Below, in pieces: positions 45,338 to 59,244 of a stretch of DNA of 64,000 bases. The notes beneath the pieces were generated by a model that saw nothing but the letters and a program-made list of their open reading frames with translations, was not told the DNA's origin and made no database searches. Location of the stretch: positions 8,153-72,152 of the forward strand of contig JADLGE010000023.1 in the NCBI GenBank assembly GCA_020849475.1. The letters run 5' to 3'. The position numbers and the translations under genes are program-made. Each line of letters starts with the position of its first letter. Within the stretch, counting starts at the first letter, position 1. This DNA is from Gammaproteobacteria bacterium. Lineage in GTDB: Bacteria; Pseudomonadota; Gammaproteobacteria; Ga0077536.

Positions 45338-45420
45338 AAGGTGCGAATTCATTCGCACATTAATGGCGGACCACGGACGCCAAACGTAATTTTTCGATGT
45401 GCGAATGAATTCGCATCTAC
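45338..45420. repeat. Family A element, paired form
   Basis: U = AAGGTGCGAATTCATTCGCACATTA. U' = GATGTGCGAATGAATTCGCATCTAC. Overlaps the region upstream of gldA. Confidence 0.8.
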
Positions 45421-45452
45421 AAACCAGTCATCAAGCGACGACGGGGTCCACC

Positions 45453-46649
45453 ATGCATCACCACCCTGCTCCGTTTCTCCCCGACGCCGTGTTTGGCGGC
45501 GCCACGCCACCGCAAGTGCTCGCCGCGCCTTCGCGCTACATCCAGGGTGACGGTGTACTCGGCGCGCTCGGCCCCTATCTCTCCATCATCAGCAGCCGCC
45601 GCGCGGCGGTTTTGATCAGCGCCGGTGGACGCAAGCGTGATGGCGCGCGCATCGAACAGGGCTTGAAGGCGGCGGGCATCGCCTGCCTGTTCGTGACGTT
45701 TGGTGGTGAGTGTTCCCTGCAGGAAATCGACGGCGCGGTCACCGCGATACAAAGCGCAGGCCCCGCCATCGACTGCCTGGTCGCGGTCGGCGGCGGCAAG
45801 TGCATCGATGCCGGCAAGTGCATCGCCTATCGTTTGCAGGTGGCGATGGTGAGTTGCCCGTCACTCGCCTCCAACGATGCACCGTGCTCGGCGGTGTCGG
45901 TGATCTACACGCCGGAAGGCGTGACCGAAGCCCTGGAATTCTTTCCGGCCAATCCGGCCCTGGTGGTGGTCGACACGCGCATCGTTGCCGAAGCGCCGGT
46001 GCGTTACCTCGTCGCCGGCATCGGCGACGCCATCGCTACCTGGTACGAAGCGCGCACCTGTTTCGACAATCCGAAAGGTCGCAACATGCTCGCCGCGCGT
46101 CCGACCTTGGCCGCCGCGGCACTTGGTGAACTGTGCGCGAAGATTCTTTTTCAGCACGGCGTGGCGGCGGTCGAAGCGGTCAAGCGCCGCGCAGTGAACG
46201 ATGCGCTCAATCATGTGATTGAAGCGAACACCTTGCTGAGCGGCGTCGGCTTCGAAAGCGGCGGCCTGGCCGGCGCGCACGCGGTCGCGCAGGGACTCAC
46301 GGTATTGCCGCGCCTGCATGCCGATTACCTGCATGGCGAAATGGTCGCGATGGGGCTCATGACGCAGCTGGTGCTGGAAGCGCGCCATGACGAAGCACAA
46401 CAGGTGGCGGAATTTTTGTGCGCGGTCGGCCTGCCCTGTCATCTGGGGCATCTGTCATTGGATGCGAGTCACACGGCCGATCTCGCGGCAGTCATGGAAG
46501 GCACCACCATCCTGCCTTTTCTTGCCAACGAACCCTTCAGCGTCGATGCCGAAAAACTGCTGGCGGCAACACTGGCCGCCGATCGCGTGGGCCGCGACAC
46601 CGTGGCGCGCATCGGCGATGCCGCCTACCGCGCTCTGCACGGCGCATGA
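45453..46649 (+). CDS. gldA: Glycerol dehydrogenase (iron-containing ADH family III)
   Basis: Start refined to MHHHPAPFLP. GldA motifs AVGGGKCIDAGK and a His-rich metal site (HAVAQGL, HGEMVAMG). Confidence 0.85.
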   Translation: MHHHPAPFLPDAVFGGATPPQVLAAPSRYIQGDGVLGALGPYLSIISSRRAAVLISAGGRKRDGARIEQGLKAAGIACLFVTFGGECSLQEIDGAVTAIQSAGPAIDCLVAVGGGKCIDAGKCIAYRLQVAMVSCPSLASNDAPCSAVSVIYTPEGVTEALEFFPANPALVVVDTRIVAEAPVRYLVAGIGDAIATWYEARTCFDNPKGRNMLAARPTLAAAALGELCAKILFQHGVAAVEAVKRRAVNDALNHVIEANTLLSGVGFESGGLAGAHAVAQGLTVLPRLHADYLHGEMVAMGLMTQLVLEARHDEAQQVAEFLCAVGLPCHLGHLSLDASHTADLAAVMEGTTILPFLANEPFSVDAEKLLAATLAADRVGRDTVARIGDAAYRALHGA

Positions 46650-46697
46650 TTGTGCGCGCCTTCGATTTCTCTCAACGCCAATACAGGACTGTTCACC

Positions 46698-48428
<1,731 letters not shown>

Positions 48429-48436
48429 CGTTCTGA

Positions 48437-48745
48437 CTACGACAGCGGCGCAGAGCCGCCGCTGCCGGTCATCAGGTGCTCGAGGTTCTCGAGGATATTC
48501 ACCACCCGCGCGAGGTCGTCCACCACCAGCGCCGCATCGCGCGCGAGTTCCGGCACCAGTTCCTGTTTGGCGCGCGCACAGGCAGTCAGCGCCTCCACCG
48601 CTTCGATGTCACGGCGCAGACGGCGCCGGATCTGGTTCATGGACAAGGCCACTGCCGGCACGTCGGTGTGCGGCACGCGCAGGCGCTGGGTGGTCTCGCC
48701 CGTCGCATCATGTTCAAAGAACAGCGTCTTCAAGGATTGCTCCAT
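48437..48745 (-). CDS. Hypothetical small protein
   Basis: 102-aa inner ORF (MEQSLKTLFFEHDATGET...) with balanced composition, convergent with the upstream amidohydrolase. The overlapping + strand ORF is His/Arg-rich and looks like an antisense artefact. Confidence 0.25.
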   Translation of the reverse strand: MEQSLKTLFFEHDATGETTQRLRVPHTDVPAVALSMNQIRRRLRRDIEAVEALTACARAKQELVPELARDAALVVDDLARVVNILENLEHLMTGSGGSAPLS

Positions 48746-48989
48746 CGTCTCGCCTCCGCTCACCGTGTGCATACCCGAACCATAACGCAGCTTGGCGTCA
48801 TCGCAACGTTTGTGCCGCGCGCTCAGTCGTGGCCGTTTCATGACGCAACGCACAGCGCCACCGGGAACTCTGCCCATCGAGCAGGATTCACGGCGCCCCA
48901 GGCGCGCCATTCGGGCATGCCCGGAGGTTCCCCCAACCGGCACAGGGTTTTATAGTTGCCGACAGACTTCACCGTTATGAGGCAGGCTC

Positions 48990-50240
48990 GTGACCGCAAG
49001 CAATAGCGCAGACCCTTACGCCGTGGCACTCGCTGACATCGATGTCAGCAATCCGCGTCTGTATCAGCACGATGTCATCGCGCCCTACTTCGCGCGGCTG
49101 CGCAAGGAAGCGCCGGTCCATTATTGCGCCAACAGCAACTACGGCCCCTACTGGTCCATCACCCGCTACCAGGACATTGTCACGGTCAACGCCGACGACG
49201 AACGTGTGTCATCCAATTACGAACTCGGCGGACACATCCTGGGTTACGACACCATGTTCCGCAGCCACGGCGTCGACGCGCGCATGTTCCAGTCCACCGA
49301 CCCGCCCATCCACACTGCGCAGCGCAAGGCCATCGCGCCCATCGTCGCGCGCGCCAGCGTGCGCGAGATGGAACAGCAGATCCGCGCCATCTGCGGCCGC
49401 ATTCTCGATGAACTGCCGGTTGGAGAAACATTTGACTGGGTCGAGCGCCTGTCGATAGAAATGACCACCCAGGTGCTGGCCATGCTGTTCGACTTCCCGT
49501 GGGAAAAGCGCCGCCTGCTGACGCGCTGGTCGGACGTTGCCGTCAGCGAGCCGGGCTTCGGCATCGTCGACAGCTGGGAAGCACGCCGCCAGGAACTCGA
49601 AGACTGCTTCACGACCTTCGCCGGCTTGTGGCAGGAGCGATTACAGGGTGAGCCGCGCTCGGATCTATTGTCCTTGATGGTGCATGCCGAGGGCACCAAG
49701 AACCTGAGCCCGGGTGAGTTCCTCGGCAACCTCATCAACCTCATCGTCGGCGGCAACGACACCACCCGCAATTCCCTGACCGGTGGCGTGCTGGCCTTGA
49801 ATCGTTACCCCGCGCAGTACGACAAGCTGCGCGCCAACCCCGCGCTCATCACTTCCATGGTGCCGGAGATCATTCGCTGGCAGACGCCCATCTCGCACAT
49901 GGCACGCACCGCGGTGCGGGACTTTAACTTGAACGGCGCCGACATCAAGGCCGGCGATCGCATTGCGATGTGGTACATCTCGGGCAACCGCGACGAGAGC
50001 GAAATCGAGCAGCCGGAAGATTTCATCATCGACCGCGCCAACCCGCGTCGCCACCTGTCTTTCGGTTTCGGCACCCATCACTGCGTGGGCTATCGTCTTG
50101 GGGAACTGCAGCTGCAGGTGGCGTGGGAGGAGATCATGAAGCGCTTTCGCAGCGTCGAAGTGATGGGTGAACCGACGCGCGTGTGCTCGAACATCATCCA
50201 TGGCTATGCATCGTTGCCGGTGCAGGTGCATCGCTGGTAA
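48990..50240 (+). CDS. Cytochrome P450 monooxygenase
   Basis: GTG start with GAGGCAGG SD. Heme-thiolate loop FGFGTHHCVGYRLGE. EIIRW (ExxR) motif. 416 aa. Confidence 0.9.
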   Translation: MTASNSADPYAVALADIDVSNPRLYQHDVIAPYFARLRKEAPVHYCANSNYGPYWSITRYQDIVTVNADDERVSSNYELGGHILGYDTMFRSHGVDARMFQSTDPPIHTAQRKAIAPIVARASVREMEQQIRAICGRILDELPVGETFDWVERLSIEMTTQVLAMLFDFPWEKRRLLTRWSDVAVSEPGFGIVDSWEARRQELEDCFTTFAGLWQERLQGEPRSDLLSLMVHAEGTKNLSPGEFLGNLINLIVGGNDTTRNSLTGGVLALNRYPAQYDKLRANPALITSMVPEIIRWQTPISHMARTAVRDFNLNGADIKAGDRIAMWYISGNRDESEIEQPEDFIIDRANPRRHLSFGFGTHHCVGYRLGELQLQVAWEEIMKRFRSVEVMGEPTRVCSNIIHGYASLPVQVHRW

Positions 50241-50272
50241 TCCACGAGCCGAAACGCGTTTTGCAGGTGCGA

Positions 50273-51193
50273 TCATCCGCGCCACAGCGCCCATGCCAAC
50301 ACCAGAGGCGTCAACAAACTCGCCGCGACATTGCTGGCTAGATAAGGTGTCAATGCCGCACCGGCCGCATGACGCGCGAGACCGATGACGGTCGGCAGCA
50401 TCGCGCTGAGCGGCAGCAAGCTCAGCCACGCCAGCGGCGGAAACACGCCGCTGGTGACCGCCATCACCACCACGCCCGCCGTCGCCACGGCCAACGATGC
50501 GAACACCCGGCGTGCACGTCGACGCCCATAGGCGATGGCGAGATGTCGCCTTCCGACCGCGCGGTCGGCCTCGATATCGGGAAACTGGTTGGCGAGCAGC
50601 AGGCTCGAACCCAACAGGCCCGGCACCAGCGCGGCGGTAATCGCCAGCAGCGACAGCCTTTCGTTCAACACCGCCACTACGCCCAACACCTGCAATGACC
50701 CGACGCCGAGGCCGGGCGCGACCAGGCATAACAATGGGTGACGATTGATCCATGGTGTGTAGGCGAGCACCAGCGCCACACCCAGCGCACCGATGGGCAA
50801 CAGCAGCGGTCCGTGGCGCGCGACGCACCAGGCGCCGATGACAACAGTCAGCGACAGCATCATGAGCGCGCTGCCGCGCACCGCCCGCATCGCTTCGGGG
50901 TCGTCCTGCAAGGCGCCGCTGCCGCCGCTGAATGGCGTGCGCGTGGTGTGAGCGTCGAGTCCGCTGCGTGCGTCCTCGTATTCATTGAAGAGATTGACGC
51001 TGGCATGGGCGGCGAGCGCGCCGACCAACACCAGCGTCACATCGAGCCACGCGAGCGTCGCGCCACTGCGCCATGCCACCGCGATGCCGAGCAGCACGCA
51101 CACCACGCTCATCAACAGGAAAGGCGGACGCGCCGCACGCCACAGCGTCAGCGCGCGTGTGCCAGTATCCGTGCGCAGCGCGCCACTGATCAT
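50273..51193 (-). CDS. UbiA-family aromatic prenyltransferase (MenA/UbiA-like)
   Basis: 306 aa, polytopic. Asp-rich motifs NEYEDARSGLD (NxxxDxxxD) and DIEADR. Confidence 0.8.
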   Translation of the reverse strand: MISGALRTDTGTRALTLWRAARPPFLLMSVVCVLLGIAVAWRSGATLAWLDVTLVLVGALAAHASVNLFNEYEDARSGLDAHTTRTPFSGGSGALQDDPEAMRAVRGSALMMLSLTVVIGAWCVARHGPLLLPIGALGVALVLAYTPWINRHPLLCLVAPGLGVGSLQVLGVVAVLNERLSLLAITAALVPGLLGSSLLLANQFPDIEADRAVGRRHLAIAYGRRRARRVFASLAVATAGVVVMAVTSGVFPPLAWLSLLPLSAMLPTVIGLARHAAGAALTPYLASNVAASLLTPLVLAWALWRG

Positions 51194-51199
51194 GGGGTT

Positions 51200-52624
51200 T
51201 CAGTCCAGCTGCGGTCGGCGCGCCGCCCACGGTTGCGCGCTTTCGAGTTGCGCGGCGAGCCGGAACAGCGTCGCTTCGTCGGCGTAACGGCCCATCAACT
51301 GCATGCCGATGGGCAGCCCGGCGTCGTTCCAGCACAGCGGCAGGGAAATGGCCGGCTGGCCGGTGACGTTGGCAATCGCCGTAAAGCGCGGGAAGCGTTC
51401 CATGCGTTCGGTAGCCTGATGCGGCGCCTTGCGCTCGAAATCGAAATAACCGAGCGGCACCGGCGGCTCCGGCACGGTCGGCGTCAACCACACGTCGTAG
51501 CGCGAGAAGAACGGCGCGATGGCGCGTGCGAAGCGATGCATTTCATTGACCGCCATGAGAAAGTCCGACGGCCGCGTCTCGCCGTCAATTTCGAACATCT
51601 TCCAGGTGTGTCTCTCGAAATGCGCGGGCGTCGGTGTGCGGCCGAGACGCACGCTCCAGTCACGAATCATCCACGCCACCATCGCCAGCCAGATGGTGGT
51701 GAAGAAGTCATTGAAGCGCGAACCGTCAACCGCGGGCATGGCTTCTTCGACATGATGCCCCAGGCTTTCACACAGCGCCGCGATGTCGCGCACGCCGCGC
51801 TGACAATCGGCATGCACCGGCGTCGGTGTGAGCGGCTGGGTGCTGAAGGCAATGCGCAAACGGCCCGGGTCGACGCCCACTTCCGAGGCGAAGGAGCGCT
51901 GGGGCGGCGGCGGGAAATACGGCGCGCCGAGGTCGGGCCCGGCGGTGACGTCCAGCATCAGCGCATTGTCGAGCACGCTGCGCGTGACGACGTGCTCCGA
52001 CAGCAAACCGGCCGCACCGACATCGCCGTAATCCGGGCCGAGCGGATTGCGGCCGCGCGTGGCCTTCAAACCCACCAAGCCGCATACCGACGCCGGCAGG
52101 CGCGTCGAACCACCGCCGTCATTGGCATGCGCCACCGCCACCATGCCGGCCGCCACCGCCGCGCCAGCGCCACCGGACGAACCGCCCGGCGAACGCGTGA
52201 CATCCCAGGGATTGCGCGTCGGCCCGTAGAGTTCAGGTTCGGTGGTGGGCTTGGAAGCGAACTCCGGCGAATTGGTCTTACCGACCACGATGAAGCCGGC
52301 GCGCTGATAGCGTGCCACCAGCTCGCTGTCGCGCGGCGAGATATAACCCTGCAAAAAACGCGAGCCTTCGGTGAGCGGCGCGCCAGCGTATTCGGCGCAC
52401 ATGTCCTTCAACAGCAGCGGCACGCCAGCATAGGGCTCGTCGCCCTTCAATTCCTTCACCGCGCGGCGCGCGATGTCGTACATCGGCAGCACCACCGCGT
52501 TGAGCCGCGGGTTGTATTTCTCGATGGCGGCGATCGCCGCTTCAACCATTTCCAGCGGCGACACTTCGCCAGCACGGATGAGACGGGCCTGCTCGGCAAC
52601 GCCGAGACGCATGAGTTCGAGCAT
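51200..52624 (-). CDS. Amidase signature (AS) family amidase
   Basis: Start refined to [11 protein letters not shown] motif [33 protein letters not shown] with a Ser-cisSer-Lys triad context. Confidence 0.85.
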   Translation of the reverse strand: MLELMRLGVAEQARLIRAGEVSPLEMVEAAIAAIEKYNPRLNAVVLPMYDIARRAVKELKGDEPYAGVPLLLKDMCAEYAGAPLTEGSRFLQGYISPRDSELVARYQRAGFIVVGKTNSPEFASKPTTEPELYGPTRNPWDVTRSPGGSSGGAGAAVAAGMVAVAHANDGGGSTRLPASVCGLVGLKATRGRNPLGPDYGDVGAAGLLSEHVVTRSVLDNALMLDVTAGPDLGAPYFPPPPQRSFASEVGVDPGRLRIAFSTQPLTPTPVHADCQRGVRDIAALCESLGHHVEEAMPAVDGSRFNDFFTTIWLAMVAWMIRDWSVRLGRTPTPAHFERHTWKMFEIDGETRPSDFLMAVNEMHRFARAIAPFFSRYDVWLTPTVPEPPVPLGYFDFERKAPHQATERMERFPRFTAIANVTGQPAISLPLCWNDAGLPIGMQLMGRYADEATLFRLAAQLESAQPWAARRPQLD

Positions 52625-52900
52625 GGGGCACTCCTCGCTGCATGGTGGGTGCATCAAGTGTAACCGCTGGCCGCAGCAAGAGACCCCGGCGTATGTCGAG
52701 CCCTAGCGGGCACGCTAGCGGTCGATTAAGAAGCGTGCGCTAGTGTGCTGTCCCGTGATGAACTTCGATAATTCGCGCGGCTACCGGGCCGCCAGGCAAG
52801 GCGCGCGGAGGAGTAATAGCGGGGCTATTGCGACGACAAGCAACGCCGCATGGCGGTTCGAGAGCAAACGAATTACGAAGATTCATTGCGGGACAGCGCA

Positions 52901-54781
52901 CTAGAGCGTCTGCACGAATGCCGCGACGTCGGCGACATCCTGCGCGCTGAGTGTGGACGGAAACAGTCGCGGCATCTTGGCCGACGGATTTTCTATCCAG
53001 CGCACGGTCGCCGCCTGATCGAGACGCTGCCTGAGGCCTGCCAGGCGCGGCCCTGCACCGCCTTCGCCCTGCGCGCCGTGACACGCGGCGCAGTTGTGTC
53101 CGTATACCTCACGACCGCGTGAGCCATCGCCCGCCGTGACGGCGGCGGTCATGACGGAGGTTGGCGTGGCTGCCGCGTCCGACACGGCCTTGCCGTCACT
53201 CGCCGCCCCCTCTGGCAAGGCATAAATCACCACCGAAGGCTTGCCGTTTTCACCGAAGGACAGGCGCGAGACATTGCCCGAATCGATGGCGACATACTGC
53301 CGGCCGCCCAAGGCGTAGGTGATGATGCCGCCCGCCACCGCACCGCCGGTCGCGACCTTGTGCAGCACCGCGCCGGTTTTCGAATCGAGCGCGATGAAGT
53401 TGCCGCTCATGTCGCCGCCGAAGGTCACACCGCCGGCGGTGGGCGTGATGCCTGCCACCACCGGCGCCTCGGCGTGATACTGCCAGCGCAGCGCGCCGCT
53501 GTCGGGGTCGAGCGCGCTGATCCAGCCGCTGCGTTTGTCGTCCCAGATCCAGCTGCCTGCCACCAGGAATTTGCCGGGCTGAAAGTCGACCTTGTCGGAC
53601 TTGATGACCGCGCACCAGTCGACCGCACCCACCACCAGCTGGCGGGTCTTCTCGTCATAGGCCGGACCATTCCATTCCACGCCGCCTACCGGCCCTGGGC
53701 AGGAATGCACGCCGTCGGCGGTCGGCGCCTTGGTCGGCTTCTCGATGGTGGTGACGGCGGTTTTAAAAACGCGCTTGCGGGTTTCGCGATTGACGGCGTA
53801 CAGATGGCCATCCTTGCTGCCGAAGGCGACCATGGCATCGCCCTTGCTGTTCCAGTACAGCATCGGCGCCGCACCGAGATCGAGATCCAGGCCGTCGTTC
53901 GATTCCATCTGGTGCCACCACTTCAGGGCCCCGGTCTGCGCGTCCAATACCACCATGCTGTTGGTAAACAGGTTTTCGCCCGGACGATGACCGGGCACGA
54001 AATCCGGCGCCGGATTGCCTACCGGCACGAACACTTCGCCGGCCGCCATGTCGAGCGTGTAAGTGGTCCAGCTACCACCACCGCCGTAGCGCGCGCTGTC
54101 GGCCACCTTCCAGCTTTCGGCGCCGACTTCCTTGCCGCGCGGGATGGTATTGAAGCGCCACAGCTGCTGGCCGTTGTCCTGGTCATAGGCCATCACACGG
54201 CCGCGTATGCCCCAGTCACTGCCGGCCGCGCCGACAATCAAAGTGCCCTGCCACACCGCCGGCACCGAGCTGAAGAACTCGCCCTGCGCCGGGTCGCCGA
54301 CCTGCTGCAGCCACAAGGTCCTGCCGCTGGCGGCGTCTATCGCCATGAGGCGCGCGTCGGGCGTACCGCGAAACAGTTTGCCGTTGGCATAGGCCACGCC
54401 GCGGTTGATCTGGAATACGTCCTGTTGCTGCGGACGATAGACGTTGCGCCAGCGTAGCGCACAGCTGCGCGCGTCGATGGCAAGGGTGTCGTGGGCGTTG
54501 GTCAGGTAGAGCGTGCCGTCGAGTTGCACGAGGCCGGCCTGGAAGGTGCCCGAGTCATCGACCTTGATGCGGCAGACCTCCTGCAACTGCTTGACGTTGG
54601 CTGTGTTGATCTGATCGAGCTGCGAATAGCGCTGACCGTTGGCGGTGTTGTTATAAGCCGGCCAGTCGGTGTCGGCGAGGCGGCCTGCCTGTGCGGTGGC
54701 GGCCGCGAATGCCGCGATCATGCAAGCCCCGCACATCATGCGGCCACGTATCCCCACCATCGGCTTTACCGCTGCCCTCAT
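52901..54781 (-). CDS. Quinohemoprotein PQQ-dependent alcohol dehydrogenase (type II, C-terminal cytochrome c domain)
   Basis: 626 aa. Signal peptide. Eight-bladed PQQ propeller with W-repeat segments. C-terminal CAACHG heme-binding motif. Confidence 0.85.
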   Translation of the reverse strand: MRAAVKPMVGIRGRMMCGACMIAAFAAATAQAGRLADTDWPAYNNTANGQRYSQLDQINTANVKQLQEVCRIKVDDSGTFQAGLVQLDGTLYLTNAHDTLAIDARSCALRWRNVYRPQQQDVFQINRGVAYANGKLFRGTPDARLMAIDAASGRTLWLQQVGDPAQGEFFSSVPAVWQGTLIVGAAGSDWGIRGRVMAYDQDNGQQLWRFNTIPRGKEVGAESWKVADSARYGGGGSWTTYTLDMAAGEVFVPVGNPAPDFVPGHRPGENLFTNSMVVLDAQTGALKWWHQMESNDGLDLDLGAAPMLYWNSKGDAMVAFGSKDGHLYAVNRETRKRVFKTAVTTIEKPTKAPTADGVHSCPGPVGGVEWNGPAYDEKTRQLVVGAVDWCAVIKSDKVDFQPGKFLVAGSWIWDDKRSGWISALDPDSGALRWQYHAEAPVVAGITPTAGGVTFGGDMSGNFIALDSKTGAVLHKVATGGAVAGGIITYALGGRQYVAIDSGNVSRLSFGENGKPSVVIYALPEGAASDGKAVSDAAATPTSVMTAAVTAGDGSRGREVYGHNCAACHGAQGEGGAGPRLAGLRQRLDQAATVRWIENPSAKMPRLFPSTLSAQDVADVAAFVQTL

Positions 54782-54966
54782 CGTGCTCCCCTTGTATGCC
54801 CAGACCGCAAGGCGCGGCCGAGCATGAAACTAACACAGAGCGCCAAGTGCTCACTGCCCCCCCAAGTGTGTAGGCAGCGCGTAGCCCAGGCGATGGGAGT
54901 CAGTCGCCAAGACGTCGCCGTGCTCGCCGCTATTCGTTCTTCAAGGACCGCAAAGCTCGCTGCGCC

Positions 54967-56859
54967 TTGCGCACGCTTGACAGTCATCAAGCATACGATG
55001 CGCCGCATTGCGCTAACGTACTTCAGAGCATGCTGGTGCCTTTGCTGGCGCGCGAAACGCGGCTCGAAGTCCAGGAAGTCCGCGAGGGTGAACGGCCGCG
55101 CGCCAACGTCGTCGACATCACGCCCGCGCGCTGGAATATCACCCTGCGTGATCGCCGCCTGCATTTGACCGAAGCCACCGCGCCCGGCACACCCAAGCCA
55201 TCGGTCGAGCAATTCTTCGCCTCGCTTGCCGAAGATCTCGGCGAAGCGGCAATGGCGGTGGTGTTGTCCGACACCGGTTCGGACGGCGCACGCGGCATGC
55301 GTGCGATCCGTGCGGCCGGCGGCATCACCTTTGCGCAGGACGAGAGCAGCGCCAAGCACAACGGCATGCCGCGCGCGGCGGTCGAGTCCGGCTGCGTTGA
55401 TTACGTGCTGCCACCCGACGCCATCGCGCGCCATCGCGCGCCATCTCGACGCCGTGTCGCGCCTCTGCGCCGGCGCCGAGAGTGAATTGAATGGCGTCGG
55501 CCAATGAAGAACTGCAGTCGACGAATGAAGAGTTGACCACGGTCAATGAGGAACTCGAGACCAACACCCACGAGCTCATTCGGCTCAACAGTGACCTGCG
55601 CAACGTCAAGGACAGCTTGAACCATCCCTTGGTCGTGCTCGACGAATGTCTGCGCGTGACGCTCTACAACCCGCCGGCCATGCAGCTGTTCGATCTCACG
55701 CCGGCGACGGTGGGCGAGAGTCTCTTTTCCATTCCGTCGACGCTGGATCTCGGCGACCTGCGTATCCGCCTGGCGGGCGTGATCGCCAGTGGCGTCACCT
55801 TCACCCGGCAGTTCACCGGCGCGGTCTGCCACTTGTTGCAGGCCGACCCCTATATCGACAAAGGCAATCATCGCAAGGGTGTGGTGCTGACCTTCGTCGA
55901 CAACACTGCCATCAAGAACGCCGCGCTGCGCCTCGAAGGCTTCGCCCGCCAACTGGAAGACTCGGAACGCTTCAGCCGCTCGACCATCGACGCGCTGGCC
56001 ATGCACATCTGCGTGGTCGACGCCAGCGGTGTCATTGTCACCGTCAATCGTGCCTGGGAAGCGTTCATCCACCACAATGCTGGCCTCGTCCGGACCTGCG
56101 GCATGGGCGCCAATTACATCGAGGTCTGCGAACGTTCACGTCACGCCGGTGATGTCTTGGCCGACCGCTTCGTGCGTGGCCTGCGCGCGGTGCTCGCTGG
56201 CGAGCAGGACGGCTTCACCATGGAATATCCCTGCCATGCCCCCGACCTGCAGCGTTGGTTCGAGGTCAACTGTTCACGCTTCCAGGGCGCGGGTCCGACT
56301 TACGTGGTGATCGCCCATGAAGACTTCACCCACCGCGTCATCGCCGAAGCGCGCGATCGCGGTCAATTTCTCGGCCGTGCAGTTTCGTCAGCGCAATGTC
56401 ATCACCAAGGTCGCGCAGGCCTTGTCCGACAGCGGCCTCGCGCCCGCGCTGCTCGAAATCGAACTGACCGAGAGCGCCATCATGTGCAGCGGCAGCGACA
56501 CCACGGAGATCCTCAACAACCCGCGGCGGCTCGGCATCCGCCTCGCCATCGATGACTTCGGCACCGGCTATTCGAGCTTGCAGCACCTGCGCCGCTTCCC
56601 GATAGACAAACTCAAGATTGACCGCAGCTTGATTGCCGATCTGCCCAACGACGACAACGCCTCCACCATCGCGCGCGCCATGATCATGCGCGGGCGCAGC
56701 CTCGGGCTGGAGGTGGTGGCGGAAGGCGTCGAGAACCAATCGCAGTGGGATTTTCTGCGCAATCTCGAATGCAGTTCCTTCCAGGACTACTACCAGACGC
56801 CGGCGGTGGATGCAGAGAGCTTCGAAGCCTTGTTGCGCACGCAGCCACCGCGCGGCTGA
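54967..56859 (+). pseudogene. Decayed multidomain signalling gene (CheB-methylesterase fragment / coiled-coil + two PAS / EAL C-terminal half) in three different frames
   Basis: ORF 54967-55485 matches only the C-terminal half of a CheB methylesterase domain (VVLSDTGSDGARGMRAIRAAGGITFAQDESSAKHNGMPRAAVESGCVDYVLP). ORF 55491-56555 starts with the CheB/CheR-fusion coiled coil EELQSTNEELTTVNEELE and has two PAS domains. ORF 56317-56859 is the second half of an EAL domain (IAVNFSAVQFRQ...ELTESAIM...DDFGTGYSSL). The CheR and GGDEF domains and the first half of EAL are absent. Frames are 1, 0 and 1. Confidence 0.6.
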
Positions 56860-56919
56860 CGGCGCGCACGCTTCGCAAAGCCGCTGCGCAGTGCGCAAGC
56901 GAGTGCAGTAAGGAAGACC

Positions 56920-57303
56920 TCAGCAGGGCGCCGCACCACGCGCAGGCGGCCCGGCCCGCAGTAAGGCCGCCTGCTCGTCGGCTGTGAACACGCGCGAACG
57001 GATCAGGAAGCGCACGCCGCGCGGCGATTCCAGCGAAAAGCCGCTGCCACGACCCGCCACCACGTCCACCGTCAAGTGAGTGTGCTGCCAGACTTCGAAT
57101 TGCGGGCCGCTGATATAGAACGGGCAATCCGCCACCATGCCGAGCCACACATCGCGTTCACCGACGCGAAACTCGGCGCGCGGATAGCACATAGGCGCGC
57201 TGCCGTCGCAACAGCCGCCCGACTGATGAAACATCAGCGGCCCGTGGGCCGCTTTCAGTTCCGCTATCAAGGCAATCGCTGCGTCGGTCGCCTCGACGCG
57301 CAT
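56920..57303 (-). CDS. DUF779 family protein (aldehyde-dehydrogenase-associated)
   Basis: Start refined to MRVEATDAAIALI. Conserved HQSGGCCDGS motif. Confidence 0.75.
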   Translation of the reverse strand: MRVEATDAAIALIAELKAAHGPLMFHQSGGCCDGSAPMCYPRAEFRVGERDVWLGMVADCPFYISGPQFEVWQHTHLTVDVVAGRGSGFSLESPRGVRFLIRSRVFTADEQAALLRAGPPARGAAPC

Positions 57304-57355
57304 GACCTCGCCGCAACCAGGTGCGCCGGCCTTGAACTGCATGGCCGTGTTGCGC

Positions 57356-58894
<1,539 letters not shown>

Positions 58895-58953
58895 CTCGAC
58901 CTCCAATGATGTTCTGCAATGCGACGCCGCCGGGCAGGGCCGGACGGCGGAAT

Positions 58954-59244
58954 TCAATGCACCGATGGACTGCCGCCCGCACAGCGGCTGCCCGCCAGGG
59001 CCGCCGCCTCGCTGAGCGCCGACAGTCGCTCGACCCAAATCGCATGGGCAGTGGCGAGACTCGCGAGCACCGCCGGCTGACGCGGCAGGTCGGGGTGGTC
59101 GCGCAACTGCCGCAACAAGCTCAGCAGGGTGCGTATATGCGCCTCTTCGCTGCTGTTCGCGCACTGCGCCATGAGGCGGATGACCGCCGCCATGAGCGTC
59201 GCGGTCTCGGGTCCGTCGTTGTCTCCTCGCGGCTCGGGCGGCAT
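58954..59244 (-). CDS. Hypothetical small protein (doubtful)
   Basis: 96-aa ORF between the two aldehyde dehydrogenase genes. No recognisable motif. Confidence 0.2.
   Translation of the reverse strand: MPPEPRGDNDGPETATLMAAVIRLMAQCANSSEEAHIRTLLSLLRQLRDHPDLPRQPAVLASLATAHAIWVERLSALSEAAALAGSRCAGGSPSVH

Noticed and set aside
16974-45420. Family A repeats as a CRISPR array
   Set aside because: Copies are dispersed over 30 kb at unrelated intergenic sites and are inverted pairs, not direct repeats with uniform spacers. No cas genes.
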